From Callorhinchus milii (taxonomy: Eukaryota): a stretch of 64,000 nucleotides of DNA. Under the pieces are notes generated by a model. The model saw only the letters and a list, made by a program, of their open reading frames with translations, ran no database searches and was not told the origin of the DNA. Shown piece by piece: positions 23,913 to 37,942 of the stretch (the first letter of the stretch is position 1; each line of letters begins with the position of its first letter). The position numbers and the translations under genes were made by a program. Location of the stretch: assembly GCF_018977255.1 (NCBI RefSeq), contig NW_024704742.1:100876001-100940000 (forward strand), in the 5' to 3' direction.

Positions 23913-25049
23913 TACCTCATATATTTTCCCTCATGATCTGAAGAGAATTGTGTGGTGCTGACAGCATCATTTTAGTTGATGAAATCCAGGGTTGTACAGT
24001 TCCAAATCCAACCCAGTGTATCTGAGTGCTCATCAATGAAAGCCTGAGATTTAATACATAGAAGGTAACAAATTGGTCATGTTAATTGGCACAGGAAGCA
24101 GTAACATATCATCAGTCACTAAATGTAACAGCAAACTGAATATTTATCCCCAAATACCTCCTTACTAGATGTGTTGCTCATTTTTTGCGGGATTGAACAC
24201 TTTATTTTTCTGTGCGTGCAACTGAGATAACTTTAGCTTCAGGTATTCACTGTCAAAGACATTTTTCCGTACCTCTACATTCCAATCATCCCATATCCAA
24301 AAAATGCTTTGAACATGTATTTTGAAAAACAAACTAAAATTTATGGAAAACCCATAAATATTTTTTCCAGTATTCAAAATGTGTTTTTTATGGTCAGCCA
24401 GTTGTCTGAAACATACAAACACATTGCCATGCTTAAGAGTATCCATTACCAGATTGAGAGTTTCACATATGTCACCTACACATGAAATTTTACATTGTCT
24501 GGAATGAAATGTACAATCTCTTTCTGGAGGGACACACCCTATTTCCGGAAAATAGGTGCAGGTTGGCAAGAGTCAAGGTGTGAGGACCAAAGAGTGTGCG
24601 TTAGTTTACAGCAGGAATTTAATCAGCTGAAACCGCATAGCTTGCCATTGCGAAAACTGTCTGGCAAGCTTCATGTGCAGGCATACAATCAAAGAGCAAT
24701 GTAAAGAATTAACAAAAAACATTGGCACCACAATGTTTACAAGTCTAGTTTTGCTACACTTTTACTATAAATCACGCAGAGGGAATGTGGACCTTATGCT
24801 GTATTGTGCATGGACATGTTGCTTGCTGAATGCATCTACTATCTGGAATAAAATGAAATATACTTCCAGCTCTGCATCAAACCTAGTCACATAATAATAT
24901 CTCCATGCTGAACTTTCATCACTGTTCGTATTTTGTGCTTCTTGACTGAAGTGACTGTTCAATAGTGTTTGTTTTGAGAGTGTAGCCTACAACCATAGAT
25001 CCATAAAATGTATTGTATTGTATTGCATTTGTCTAATCATGGTTGCTCT

Positions 25050-25480
25050 GGGTTTCTTCTGCCTTTTCCCCGTTCCCTTTTATATTTCTCTTTTTGAGAC
25101 ATTTATCTAACTCCATCTTAAAACCAATATTCTAGGTATGGCACTTCAAGTACTAAATCAAGCCTTGATAACAATGCATTATAAATATACTAATTAAAAC
25201 AAACAGATCTAGTTGCCTTTTGAACAAATTTATATTATTTTCTTTAGTGACCTTCCCAATTTATTCCGCAAGTCAATTCCCTGTTGTGTAAAAGGGTTCT
25301 GCCTGACCTTTTTCATGTCCTTAATCTTAACTTGTGCTTCAACTTTTTCACCATAGTAAACAATTTTCCGACAACATTTCCTTTATCTTGAAAAAAATTA
25401 ATTTAGTCACCATGAAGTCTTTTGTTTTCCTTAGAGAAAAAACCTGATTTACTTCACCTTTACTCATAATGTAGCTCTTG
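25050..25480 (-). mobile_element. Highly degraded CR1 3' fragment
   Basis: TTTATCTAACTCCATCTTAAAA, CCCTGTTGTGTAAAAGGGTT and TCATAATGTAG resemble CR1 ORF2 end blocks. Confidence 0.45.
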
Positions 25481-26149
25481 AGTGCATCTGGCGACTTCAC
25501 TCATAAGGGGCTCGAAATTTCTCCTCGTCTTAAAAGTGAAACCATGTTGCCTCTACATTTAAGATTGCCCAGAATTATGAAAACATCTTAAATCCATTTT
25601 CCACATATCTTCCAAATTAACAATTTAAGAATCCTCTAGAATTTTGTGCAATCTTTGATTTTAACCCAAGATTGTTTTACAGGTTACAACAAGCTGGTGT
25701 AATAGGCCACTGGCATTGTTGAGCACCTTAGATGGATGGTGAGTTGGTTACCCCTCTTTCCTGTTTCAGCCCCCACACTCATATCTGATTTTGACCTGGG
25801 CACAGCTATGATGCAGCTTTCAATTTTCCACCTTTTAGTTTTCATTGGTCCATCCAGATGTCTTTCAGCTTTAGGAAAAATAATTTTGGTAAAAATTGCT
25901 TGCACTTTCCAAAGTGTTTCGTGGGAACTGGAAGGAACAAAAATGGTAGGCAATAGAAATTGATAGGGAACAAACTTCAAATGTCAAAATTGGTAGAAAA
26001 GTGGACAAAAAAAAAGGAAACAGAAGGGGAAAATGGGTAAGGCAACAATAAGTAAACTTCTTAAATATTTCCCGAATTTTGTTTGATAAGTGTTAAATGT
26101 ACAGTAATAAAATTATTCATAATGCAGTAAGAACTTAACTTACTCCTGT

Positions 26150-28130
26150 GTCAGTCTAGCTCAGTTGGCAACACTTTCTCCTGTGAGTCAGAAAGTTGTA
26201 GATTAAAGCTCCATGTCAGAACTTAAACTCTAAGCTGACCCTCCAGTGCAGTGCTGGAGGGGTGTTACATTGTCCAAAGTGCTGCGGTTTGAAAGAGATG
26301 ATAAACCAAGGTCCCAATTGTCTTTTCAGGTGGATGTTAAGGAACCCATGGCACTATTCGAAAAGAGAAGAGAATTTTCCCAAAGTCCTGGCCAAGGCCT
26401 CAAATAAAATTGGTCATTTTTTGTGGGATATTGATGCGTGCAATTGGGCTGCTGTGTTCACCTATAAATACACAGGCACGTCAAAATAAATCCTGTGAAG
26501 CACATTGGCATCTCCAACAACAACAACTTGGATTTATGTAGCGTCCTCCACGCCGGACGGCATCTCAGAGCGCTTCACAGTAACGGATCCCGGGACCGAG
26601 CCAGGGGGAGGGGGAGGAAGGTGACCAAAGGCGTGGTCGAAAAGAAAGGTCTTCAGCAGAGACCTGAAAATAGGAAGAGAGGGAGCGAGGCAAAGGGAGT
26701 GAGGAAGGGAGTTCCAGAGCCTCAGGGCATAGTGGCTGAAGGCACAGCCGCCGAGGGTGGAGCAGAGGACTCGGGGGACGTGGAGGAGGCCTGACCCGGA
26801 GGAACAAAGGCAACGGGTCTGTTTTGAGGAGAGAAGAGATCAGAGAGGTAGGGGGTGCAGAGGAGTGCAGGGACTTGAATACAAGAGTGAGGATCTTGAA
26901 ATCGATCCTCTCTGGGACAGGCAGCCAGTGCAGTCTGGCAAGGACTGGGGTGATCGGGGAACGGAGTTTTGTGCGGGTGAGAATGCGGGCGGCAGAGTTT
27001 TAAATGATTTGGATTTTATGGATGGTAGTGGATGGGAGACCGACGAGGAGGGCATTAAAGTAGACCAGCCGAGAGATGACCAAGGCACGGACGAGGGCTT
27101 CAGCGGCTTTTGGAATGAGGTATTGGCGGAGACAGGCGATGCGTCGGAGGTGGAAGAAAGCGGTGCTGATGAGGGACCAGATGTGGGGGAGGAAGGATAA
27201 TTGGGGGTTGAACCTGACGTCTAGGTTGCGTACAGGTTCGGAGAGTTTTAGGTGGAGGTCGGGTAGGTGGAGGAGGTGAGAGCTGTGAAATTTTAGACAT
27301 TGACGAGAGCCAAAGAACATGGCGTCCGTCTTGTCAACGCTCAGCTGAAGGAAATTTGCGCTCATCCAGCCCCTGAGATCTGACAGGCAGGCTGACAGAA
27401 TATCAGGGGACTGGGGGTCATAAAGAGAGGTGGAAAAATAGAGTTGGGTGTCATCCGCATATATGTGGAACTGTACCCCATGTCTGCGGATGACATCCCC
27501 AAGAGAGAGCATGTAGATCAGAAAGAGGAGGGAGTTGGCTTTGCCTTAAGGAGGTGGTTTGAGCGGAGGGAGGGAGTGATGGTACATGTGGGATTGCTGC
27601 TCTAGTACAGCCAGTGCCGGGAGCCACGATGGGACGGCGAAGGATGCCCAGGTTGGAGCAGAGGGAAGTGATGATGGGGTCGAGGAGAGAGAGAGAAGGC
27701 GGGGAGGGCGGTGGGAGAGAAGGACAGAGGGGATGTAGCGGATAGAAGGGGATGGGAGGAGAGACATAGAGGGGGGTGGGAGGAGAGATATTTGGAGTGG
27801 AGGGGGAGGCTCGGGTCGGGGCAGCAGCCAAAACGCGCACGCAGAGACTGGGACCGAGCAACCAACTTCGGGCACACCTCTCCTCCCATTCTCTCTTCGA
27901 ACCCCTCCAGTCCAGTTTCTGCCCTGCCCACAATATAGAGACTGTGCTTGTGAAAGTCACAAACGACATCTCTATCTGTGACCAGGGCTCCCTCTGCCTC
28001 CTTGTCCTCCTGGACCTCTCCGCCACATTCGACACATCCTCCTCCACCACCTTTCCTCCGTCATCCACCTCCACCTAACACGAAAGACACTATACCAAAT
28101 GTAAAGATTATTATTACTATTATTGTTATG
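26150..28130 (+). mobile_element. SacSINE1-like SINE (26150-26514 plus 28074-28130) split by a composite L2
   Basis: Head and Deu core end at GAAGCACATTGGCATCTC; tail resumes CCTAACACGAAAGACACTATACCAAATGTAAAGATTATT. Confidence 0.85.
26515..28073 (-). mobile_element. Rearranged L2 LINE (second subfamily)
   Basis: 26515-27540 minus: 3' end with [10 protein letters not shown]; 27545-27860 minus: NLGILRRP/HRGSR segment resembling an ORF2 N-terminal region; 27861-28073 plus: EPLQS..ETVLVKVTND..LDLSATFDT. Confidence 0.9.
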
Positions 28131-29287
28131 TGTATAAACTGAGTTGAAATGTACAGAATCAGTTGGCCCACAGAAATCACAACTTGCTTTAATTCCACCA
28201 CAGAATTGATGATGAAAACAACCATTCTTTGTGAATTTGGAGTCCATTGTGCTATTGCAATGTTTGAATTGGTTACTTTGCAAAAAGTAACATTTATTTG
28301 CACTATTTTCTATCATGATTTGAAGTTGATCATTTGGTGATAAGCTAACAGTTTGAAATGTAAAATGCTCCCACATTTTTAATAGACTGGACTTTTAATA
28401 CCATAAGAAATCATACATATTGAGCCACTTAGAATCTAAGGCAAATACTTCTAACTCTTTAACCAGTTTAACTATTATATAGTGCCTGTCAATGAATTGG
28501 AACTCTCAGAAGTCAGAAATCTCTGTAAAATTACAGGCAATTTGAGGGTTAACACATGATCCAACAACTAATATTGCAAGGTTTATTACATCCATATACT
28601 AAAATTAAACACACTGTGAAACATGTGCAGCACACAGTAGCCTGAGGTCTAAAACTCATTCCCAGTCCATAGCTTTTGTGAAGAGACTACTTAATTATCA
28701 AAGGAAACAATACTATGAGCACCAAGGGAACTGAGATACCCTATTCATCTTATGGGTCAGTGGAAGAATACACATCCTCTTCGTACAGTAAAAGGAATTT
28801 AAATTCTCCAGGCCATGTTAAAGAAGACTGGGATTCAATTCACAACCCTTTGAACCTAACTTTTTTTTCCAGAATTTATGAGATTTTGTATCCCTTGCAA
28901 TTGTCTTCCCTTCACTTAGAGAAACTGAGCTGAAATCAGAAGTGAAACAGAGAGCTGTGATAGCAAAATGACAAGCGGGTAAATTGTTATTGAAACTGAG
29001 GCAGGAACAGCAGTGAAGGATGCCTGCGGGGAACTGGGTGATGGGGAATTTTAACTTTAGCAGCTGGCTGAGATGCAGTAGGCATCTGGGAATGAGAAAA
29101 ACAGGGTCCTGGTGGAATATGAAAGGACAGACTAAAAGAATGAAGAATGAGGCTAACAAATGAAAAAGAATTTAAAAGGAGGGGGTACAGTGGATTACAA
29201 TGTTCTAATGAAAAGGAAGCAGTACATGTGCTCTTTCTGGGTCTAAGATTAATTGGAAGTTAAATATTTAGTTTTCAACCCAACTAA

Positions 29288-29490
29288 ATCCTTGCATTTG
29301 ATATAGTGCCTTATCACATCCCTGAGATCTCACAATGCGCTTCACAGGATTCACTGTAACGTGCAGCGACTTTGTGTTTCTGTAGGCAAACATAAAGTGA
29401 ATAACCAATTCTTATCTGGGGGAATGTTGGCCAGAACACTGGGAGAAACTCCTTTCTCCTTTTTGAATAGTGATATGGGATCTTTAACAA
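29288..29490 (-). mobile_element. SacSINE1-like 3' half
   Basis: Tail plus TTGGCCAGAACACTGGGAGAAACTCC..ATGGGATCTTTAAC. Confidence 0.8.
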
Positions 29491-29926
29491 AAGAATGCAG
29501 TTTGGGTTAGAATGTCATAGGAAGCATTTGCGCAGTCATTAGAGTTAGGCTCTTCATTATGATTAACTTCTAAATGGGAAAACAACTGCAAAATATTACT
29601 AGATCAAGTAAAATACCTTTTTTGAAATTGCTACAGGAAATTATCAAAATCTCAATATAATACATCGACTACAAATGAGGTATTATTACTTCAGAAACAA
29701 GAAAAATGTTCTCAATGATGAGAAAAAAACAAATGGTGCAAGTAATTGGCAAATGCTATTGAGCTTCAGAAAAATAGAACAGGCATATACAGACAGGCAA
29801 TTTTGGTAAGTAAGAGAAGCTGGAAGACATTATAAAAACAAAAAAGTGTGAAAAGGCGATTTTTCATAATATGTTAGATAACTATCAAATCTCCTAAGAA
29901 GCCACATTTTTGATTCCCTTCCTAAA

Positions 29927-30142
29927 GTGGATTCCTGAAGTGTTTTAATTAAAGCACTCACGTCACAAGCAAGAAGACCTGAGTTTGATTCCTGGGCCGA
30001 GAAAAAAGTTAGGCAAGTCTCCTTACTCCTCAAGCCTCTTTTTATTCAGCAGTAAATAAATAAGTAAGTAAATAAGAACCCAGTTGTTGGTGGATTGCTT
30101 TTCCGGGGGTGGTGTTGTTGTATATCAATTGGAAGGATTATT
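29927..30142 (+). mobile_element. Diverged CmiSINE-like long variant with internal deletion
   Basis: GTGGATTCC..GAGTTTGATTCC..GGCAAGTCTCCTTACTCC..GGATTGCTTTTCCGGGG followed by a tail remnant. Confidence 0.75.
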
Positions 30143-31469
30143 TTTTAAAGGCCCAAAGTGAAATAAGCTTGCACAGTCTCAGCTCAGCTACTTGGGGACA
30201 AAAGTCTACAATATGTGACTCAAAAAATTCATCGGTATTTTAGAGAACGTAATCAGAGACCATAATGGTACCTAAGATTACAGAGTAAGAACAGGTGAGA
30301 AGTCAGGCCCTAAGAAAATACTTTATGTCCTTTGAGAAGGAGCTCTGTAATCTGTGTCAGCCTGTGGTATATTGGAAAGTGCCATTTCTCGACATTCTGA
30401 CTCCCACATCTCACGTTGGTGCTTACAACAACAACAACTTGCATTTCTATACATATCCACTAGAAAGAAAAATAAGATTCATACCAAATCCCTGTTTAGG
30501 GTCTGCTAATTTAAAGCACACATAGGCACAATACAATATTTCAGGTACATTACTTTCTCTCGCTACAATAAAGCTATTTTTCTGGTTCAGGTGCAGTATT
30601 GGGATTTCATTACTTCACAGGTGCCTGAGAAACACATTTGTGGAAATCATCCCAGAAATCTAATGAAACCACCCTCAGAGATCTCTATGTTTCGGTGAAA
30701 GCACTTTGTTGCAGGTACATGTCAGGTTCCCCTCCAATACATACAATTTCTCTCACTATAGATTTGCCACAGTAAGAAAGATAGATTTATTCATGTTTAC
30801 TGGATACCCTGTCAGGGAAGATTCAGTTCAATCAGATTGCAGAAAACCAAACAGGCTTGCATGGCCAGAACTGTAATAGAAGATAGCGCCAACCCCAAAC
30901 GGAGAATGATCAAGTTCAGTTTCCCAGGAATGAAGCATGTAATGACAGAATCCTGACAGGGCAATCCAGCTTTCTGTGCCATGGACATACTCAGCCAACA
31001 AAGTTGTGGATATAACATTAACTCTGTGCTAAAAGTAGCAATTGTTATGGCAAAGAAGTACTGAACCTTAAACCGAGATCTGTCTGTACAATTGCTGCAA
31101 TCTCGTGACAGAGATGAAATTGTACAAGTTGTATTTGTAGATTTTTTCCCTCAGCACACTGCTTCCAATTTGTCTGTCCATCCAGCCTGTTTAGTTCATT
31201 CTGCTTTGCAGACAACAGCCATTACTTGTGTTTAGCTACAGCTATGGAGAACACTTCAGCATTCCTTTTATTTAGCTACCTACTTAAACGTATCTTTCAA
31301 CCTATCCTACTGACCTATTGACTGAACAAATGACTGATCAACCTACCTACTTTTCTATTTTCAGTGAGAATGAGGTTCTAGATAGGCGTAAGAGCCTGAG
31401 AACCAACCAATCACAGGTGACAGATTAATTACAACCGATTGTATTTAGAGGTTTATTGCAAAAAAGATC

Positions 31470-31830
31470 AATTTCAAAATCCTCATACTTGTGTACGGGC
31501 CACTTCATGCTCTGGTACCTCCCTACCTCTCCAACCTAATTACACCTCATTCTACTACCTGTGCTCATCTGGCTCTGGTCTCCTACACAACACTCATCCC
31601 TTCCGCTCCACCATTGATGACTATGCTTTCCTGAAACTATGGAACTCTCTGCCTCAATCCCTTTGATTTACCACTTCTTGCCCATCTTCAGATTACACCT
31701 GAAGTCCTTCCTCTTTAACTGTGCCAACGGTCACCTCCTCCCTCCTTCCGGCTTAGCGTCAGTCAACTGTTTAGCACTCTGAGATGCTACTCCGGGGAAG
31801 GGCGCTATATAAATGCAAGTTGTTGTTGTA
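31470..31830 (+). mobile_element. Old L2 3' end (third subfamily)
   Basis: KLWNSLPQSL motif; tail GAGATGCTACTCCGGGGAAGGGCGCTATATAAATGCAAGTTGTTG. Confidence 0.85.
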
Positions 31831-34680
31831 GTAGAGACAGGAGACATGTGAAGCATCAACAAACATTATGAGGGCGTTAAGCATCCTTAGGTGAGGCTCC
31901 AGTGGGAGTACAAAATTGTGGAAAATATACATTCCAATATTGCCAGTCTGCTTAATTCATGTTGAACAAGGGAGTACCAGAAAATACTGAATTGCACAAG
32001 TAATGCATTTTAAAATTGTATTGCCATTCATTACATTATCTAACAGCAGATGGGAACAGTCCCATTTATCCCATTTATGTTTTTGATTCCCTGAAACAGT
32101 AGAAATAGCACATGGAGAAGATTGGGTTTTCAGCCTTCGTTAAGCCACAAGCAGAACTAAATATACAACTGACTAACAGTGAGTGTACTTTGATTTGCGG
32201 TGAAAAATAAGGACAAATTATAACTTATCTAATAATTTTCTGCAGCTCATTTTAGATGCACACCATTAGGCCAAAATTACTGTTTTCTTTCTGCAACATC
32301 CTTGTACTAATGGGCTAAAGTTAAGGAAATAATACTGAAGCCTGACCTCAGCTGTCATAGCATTGTGTTTTCAAAGTGAACAACCAAGATTGAAAGCCGT
32401 CATCAGTCTTAAGTAGTCTTACAAAACATCATATTCGACATCTGCATAAATGGGTTTATAACAGTGCAACAACGATAATATAAAACAGATGCCCTACAAT
32501 TACTCTCCAAACCATTATTTCACAAATCATAACTTACAACCATGCATCATTCTTCCTTGACAAAAATGTGCCTTGCTTCTCCTTTAACTACCAGTATTTG
32601 ATTTTTCAGACATTATGGTTTGTTTGTTCATTATGCAGGAAAATGACAATATTTGCAAATGCTGGGAGACGTTATGAAGATGTACACATAAGAGGTTTGA
32701 AGAAAGGACAACTAGTTATGAATTCAATCTAGGCTCTGTGTTGATTTCCATGTTGATCATTCAACAAACAGAATTCCAGCGAGCGACTGCCTCAAATTGT
32801 AATTTGTTTGCAATGGGAATAAAAAGATCATGTTACTGGAGTAAATTTGTACAGAGATGTTAAATTACATTCAGTTGGTTTATATTAGAATTTCTATCTG
32901 TGCTTCTTGTAGATTAGCTGCAGAGATTAATCTCGCAATATCGGTATAAAGAAACATAAAAGACCAACTCTTGGATGATAGGACCATGACAAACAAAGAT
33001 AAGTTAACATTGTAGATTTGACATTCCATCAGAAATTAAATCCGTTAAACCTAAGAATGTCTATGCCGGAGCTAACTCTAGTTCTTTAAAATAATGGATA
33101 AAGTAAGTAGCTCAGCCTAGGTTATAACTTCCTGTGTGAATTGTGTTTTCCTCCAGTAATAATGTCCAGCTAATTTCCTCCCAGGAGATGTCCTAGTCTT
33201 TTCCCAAATCTTGAAACCTTATAAGATAAACGTTTTAACTTTACTTGTAACTGGTCTGTAGTTAATGCTTCAGGCTTTACCAGTGGTAAAAGATTTTTAA
33301 AAATTTTGGTCAGCCAGCTGTCTGACCCATGCGCAACCCATCACCATGCTTAAGATTACCCAAACTGTGGTGAAATCCTCCAGGCATTCCCAGATAATGC
33401 TGCAGGCTTTGCTCAGGAGTAAAAGGTTTGTAAATCTTAGATATGCAATTTTTACATATAATTCAGAGCTTCATGAAAAGGTATCTATACACTGAACATG
33501 TTTCTTTTCTTGCTGCTGCTGTGAAAATACTGCAACAAGCACCATGACAAGATTTATATTCAGAGAATTAATTATTTTAAATACCAGGACAGACACAGGT
33601 CTCCAGCAATGAACATCACATTTACAAATGATTCCAAAAGCAAGCAGTGCTCTGGGCTGAGCATTAACATTTATCTACTGTCCAAAAAGGTAAAAAAATC
33701 ATCAAAGCAGTGTCCCACTGGTCACTGATTAACTACCATTGGTTAGATGTTCCAGTCATTTCACTGGAACAATCTCCAAAGGCCAGTCACAATAAGACAA
33801 ATTGTCGCTCAATGCTACAGGCATCACTGTAAAATAAATGGAATTCGAGCCTGACCAGTCAAACCATATACAATTCATTACTCTCTTATGAGACACCATT
33901 TACCAAACTTTTCATCAAGAATTCTGAGGATGTTTTGTCCAGTTGTCCATTGAATCATTGCTGTCAGACCCACATTCTGCTCCTTCCTAAGTGGAAAAGC
34001 CACACGTTGCTTTTGACATTTCCTTTGTTTTAACTCCAAGGCTTCCAAACACATTGCATTTGTTATAGGTTCCCCCTATTCCTCTGGCTGTTTCTCCTCC
34101 ATTGAGCACCTCACCCTCTACCATCTCGCCACTGAATAGAATAGTTTATCAGCCCCCCCAAACCTCCTGGCTCCTTCCTCACTGATATCTCCTCTCTCCT
34201 CTCATCCCTGTCCCTCTGCACTGAACACCTGCTGATACTGGATGATTTCAACCTCCACCTAAACTCCCCTTGCACCACCTTCTCAGATTTCACTGCCCTC
34301 CTCTCCTCCCTAAATCTCACCCTCCACATCAAATGCTGACCCACAACCGTAGCTACTCCCTCGACCTCTTCATCACACATGGCCTTGACATTTCCGACCT
34401 GTCAATCACGGACAAGGTCATCTTGAACCACTTCCTCATCTCCCTCTCCTCCCACATCCCCCTCCCCTCTTCCAAACCCTCCACCATTTTTTTCCACCCC
34501 TGGAAGAAGCTTCTCCCTGAGTCCCTCACAAATGCCTTCTCTTCGCCGGACCTCCTCTCCCTCTGACCCTCCACCCGCAGTGATCCTGATGCAGCCATCA
34601 AGCTGCTGAATGACCGTCTCTCCACGGCCTTCAATCCCCTGGCTCCCCTGAAATCCAGGGTTGTTTACAAACCCACCCAC

Positions 34681-35153
34681 TGTGGAAGGCAAATTCAGCA
34701 CATTCTGTCTTTTGGTGCAAAGTTAGCAATTAAGCAGGCCATATGCATGAAAGGCCAAAAGGAGCAAGTAAGATCAAGCATGTTGTTGTAAAGTTTTACA
34801 ACAACCTATTGAAAGATAAGGTGACTATCTCATGTTGACCTAAAACAGATTAACACCCTTGTGATGTTTCTCGAGAGCTCTTGCGAGACAGGACGTTGTA
34901 AAGTAATCAACTTAGAATGTCTCCTCAGAACTGTTGAATGACTCATGGTACAATGAGATCTGTATAAAGGTGAGATGTTTTCACCTATTTGATGTGCAGA
35001 GTAGGGAGCAGCATTAGAAGAAAGTCGTTGCCACTGCCCTGCACCCCATATATATATATATGTGAAATAAAGCTTGCTAAGTAAATGCCGCACTGACTCC
35101 GTGTTGAGCTTCAAGTCATCAAGAGCAATCGCACATCGCAACTGGGTTCGACA
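34681..35153 (+). mobile_element. Solo LTR, 473 bp, 4-bp target site duplication (Gypsy- or ERV1-like)
   Basis: TG...CA termini; perfect CCAC duplication at 34677-34680 and 35154-35157; TATAAA at 34963; AATAAA at 35066; removing it restores the L2. Confidence 0.85.
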
Positions 35154-35846
35154 CCACTCCCCCTGGTACAACAGGCATCTCCGGTCACTCAAAACACAAA
35201 CCCGGATGCTCGAGCTCAGATGGTAGACATCCGGCCTCACGATTCACTGCCAGTTGTGGCTCAAGCACCTCCGCACTTACCTCTCACAGGCTAAAACTGA
35301 CTTTTACTGCAAAGTCATCCTGGAGGCAAACAACAATCCAAAGATGCTGATTTCCACCGCTCATCACCTCCTTCATGCACCCCCTCAAGCTCGATCCACA
35401 GGTCAAACACCAAGTGCGAAGAGGTCCTAAACTTCTTTGCCTCAAAAATTGAAAACATCCACTTGGCTGCATCATCCTGCAACCCCCATGTCCCCTTCCA
35501 CCCCACCCAGACCATCCACACCACTATCTCCCTCCGCCATGGCTCCTGCCACTCCCCCCTCCTTGTACTCCTTTATCCACATTTCTCCCTCCTGCCTCTC
35601 AACCACAATCACACACGTGAAGTTCATCCCACCCAGCTGCTGGTCATTCAACTCTCTCTCCTCTCCCCCTGCTGGCCGATATGGTCAACCAGTCTCTCTC
35701 CTCAGGCTCTGTTCTACTCCCTCTGAAAGCTGCTGTTATCACACCACTTCTCAAAAAACCCACCCTCGATCCCTCTAATCTCTCACACTACCATCCCTTT
35801 TCCAACCTACCCTTCCTTGCCAAGGTTCTGGAACTCATTGTTGTAG

Positions 35847-36170
35847 TGGAGTCCTGTAGCTCAGTGGTTAGAGCACTCGCTTTGTAAGTGAGAGACTTGA
35901 GTTCAATTCCAGGCAGAGGGCGAAACCTTGGACAAGTTTCCTTACTCCACATGCCTAATAATAATCCCTCCAAAACCAAAAACAACAATAAATTGGTCAT
36001 TTTTAATCTATGACGGTTTGTGGGACATTGCTGTGCGCAATTGGCTGCCGCGTTCGCCCACAAATATACAGTCAATTCATTTTACAGTATATTCTGTGAA
36101 GCGCTTTGGGACGTCTAGAAGACGTGAAAAGCACTATATCAAGTGCAAGGATATTATTAGTATTATTATA
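35847..36170 (+). mobile_element. CmiSINE-like short variant nested in L2
   Basis: Full-length head to tail, interrupting the L2 RT region after KVLELIV. Confidence 0.95.
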
Positions 36171-37589
36171 ATGGGTCTACTTCGATCACACCTCTCCCTC
36201 CACTCCCTCCTCGAGCTGCTGCAGTCTGGTTTTCGCCCACAGCACAAAGACAGCACTTGTCAAAGTCACAAATGACATTCTCTCTATCTGTGACAAGGGC
36301 TCCTGGTTCTCTCTGCTGTGTTTGACATAGTCGACCATGCCATCCTCCTCCACTGGCTCTTCTCCCTCATCTACCTCAGTGGGACCGCACTCGACTGGTT
36401 TGAGTCCTACTTAACCAACCACCTCCCTTTAATCTCAGCAAATGGTTTCTCCTCCTTCCCCTGCCCGGTCACCTGTGGAGTACCCCAGGGCTCCATCCTT
36501 GGACCCCTTCTTTTCCTTCTCAGTATGCTCCCTCTGGGTAATGTCATCCGCAGATACGGAGTAAACTTCCGCATGTATGCGAATGACACACTAATCTACT
36601 TTGCCTTCTCCAGCATCGACTCCAGGTCCACCGATGTTCTATCAGCTTGTCTGGCCTGGATGAATGTAAACTCCCTGCAGCTGAATATGGACAAGAAGGA
36701 AGCCATACTCCTTGGCTTCAGTCAACGTCTTTACTCCTGCGAATCTAAACACCTCAACCTCCCTGGGCTCTCCCTCAGACTCACTGAACCAGCACGCAAC
36801 CTAGGCATCCGGTTCAAACCCTAACTGTCTTTCCTCCCCCACATCTGGTCCCTGACCAGGACCGCTTTCTTCCACCTCTACCACATTGCACACCTCCGAC
36901 TGTAACTTACCCCAAATGCAGCCAAAACCCTCGTCCATATGTTTGTCAACTCCCACTTGGATTACTCCAACCACTCCTCGCTGGTCTCCCGAGCTCCATC
37001 GTTCACAATATCCAGCTAATTCAAAACTCTGCTACCCACAAACTGACCCGAATCAAACTCCTTACTTACATCTCACCAGTTCTGGCCAGGCTCCACTGAC
37101 TCCCGATCACCGAATAGATCAACTTCAAGATCCTCACTCTCGTGTTCAAACCCCTTCACTCTGGCACTTCCCTACCTCTCCGACCTCCTCATTCCCCAAT
37201 CCACCACCTGGTGCCTCTGCTCGACTGGCACTGGCCTCCTGCTCGTCCCTCGCACCCTCAGCTCTACCATCGGCAGTCGAGCTTTCAGCCTCTCCGCCTC
37301 AAAACTTTGGAACACTCTCCCTCAGTCCCTCCACCTTGCTTCCTCTCTCCCCTCTTTCAAGTCCCGACTGAAGACTTTCCAGTTCGACCGTACTTACAGC
37401 CACCTCCCCCCTCCGCCCGGCTCTGAGTCAGGCTCCATCACTGTTAAGTGGCCTGAGATGCTACCCTGGATGGAGGGCGCTATACAAGTACAAGTTGTTG
37501 TTGTAGATTGCTTTGGGCTTTAAAACACATATGAGCACAATTATAAATCTATCACTTTTGCTTCTCTCAGGCATTTTAAAATTAATAAT

Positions 37590-37942
37590 TGTTGTATGTT
37601 ATATAGTGCCAATAAAATGTGAATGTAGTAGTCAGTTTGTGCACAGCAATGTCCCATGAACAGCCATGAAGGGAGTGGCCATTTTTATCCAGAGGATTGT
37701 TAGCCTGGACACCAGGAGAATCTCCTTTCTCTTTTTAAATAATACCATGGAATCTTTAATGTCCAACTGAACAGGACCGCTGTTTAACATCTCATCCAAA
37801 AGATGGCACATCTGACAATGCAGCTTTCCTCCAGCAGTACATTGAGATGTTATCCTAGTCTAGGAGCTCAAAATCCCAACATTGGGATTGAACTCACAAT
37901 CTTCTGACTCAGAGGCAAGGGCGCTACCAATTAAGCTGAGTT
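37590..37942 (-). mobile_element. SacSINE1-like Deu SINE
   Basis: TTGAACTCACAATCTTCTGACTCAGAGGC head and Deu core on the minus strand. Confidence 0.88.

Larger units (their letters stand above)
34065..37503 (+). mobile_element. Long degraded L2 ORF2 (APE endonuclease + RT + 3' tail) carrying nested LTR and SINE
   Basis: APE-like VYQPP, LILDDFNLH and LDLFIT; then HSPWY across the LTR; RT GVPQGSILGPLLF and YAND; tail AAGTACAAGTTGTTG. Confidence 0.92.
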
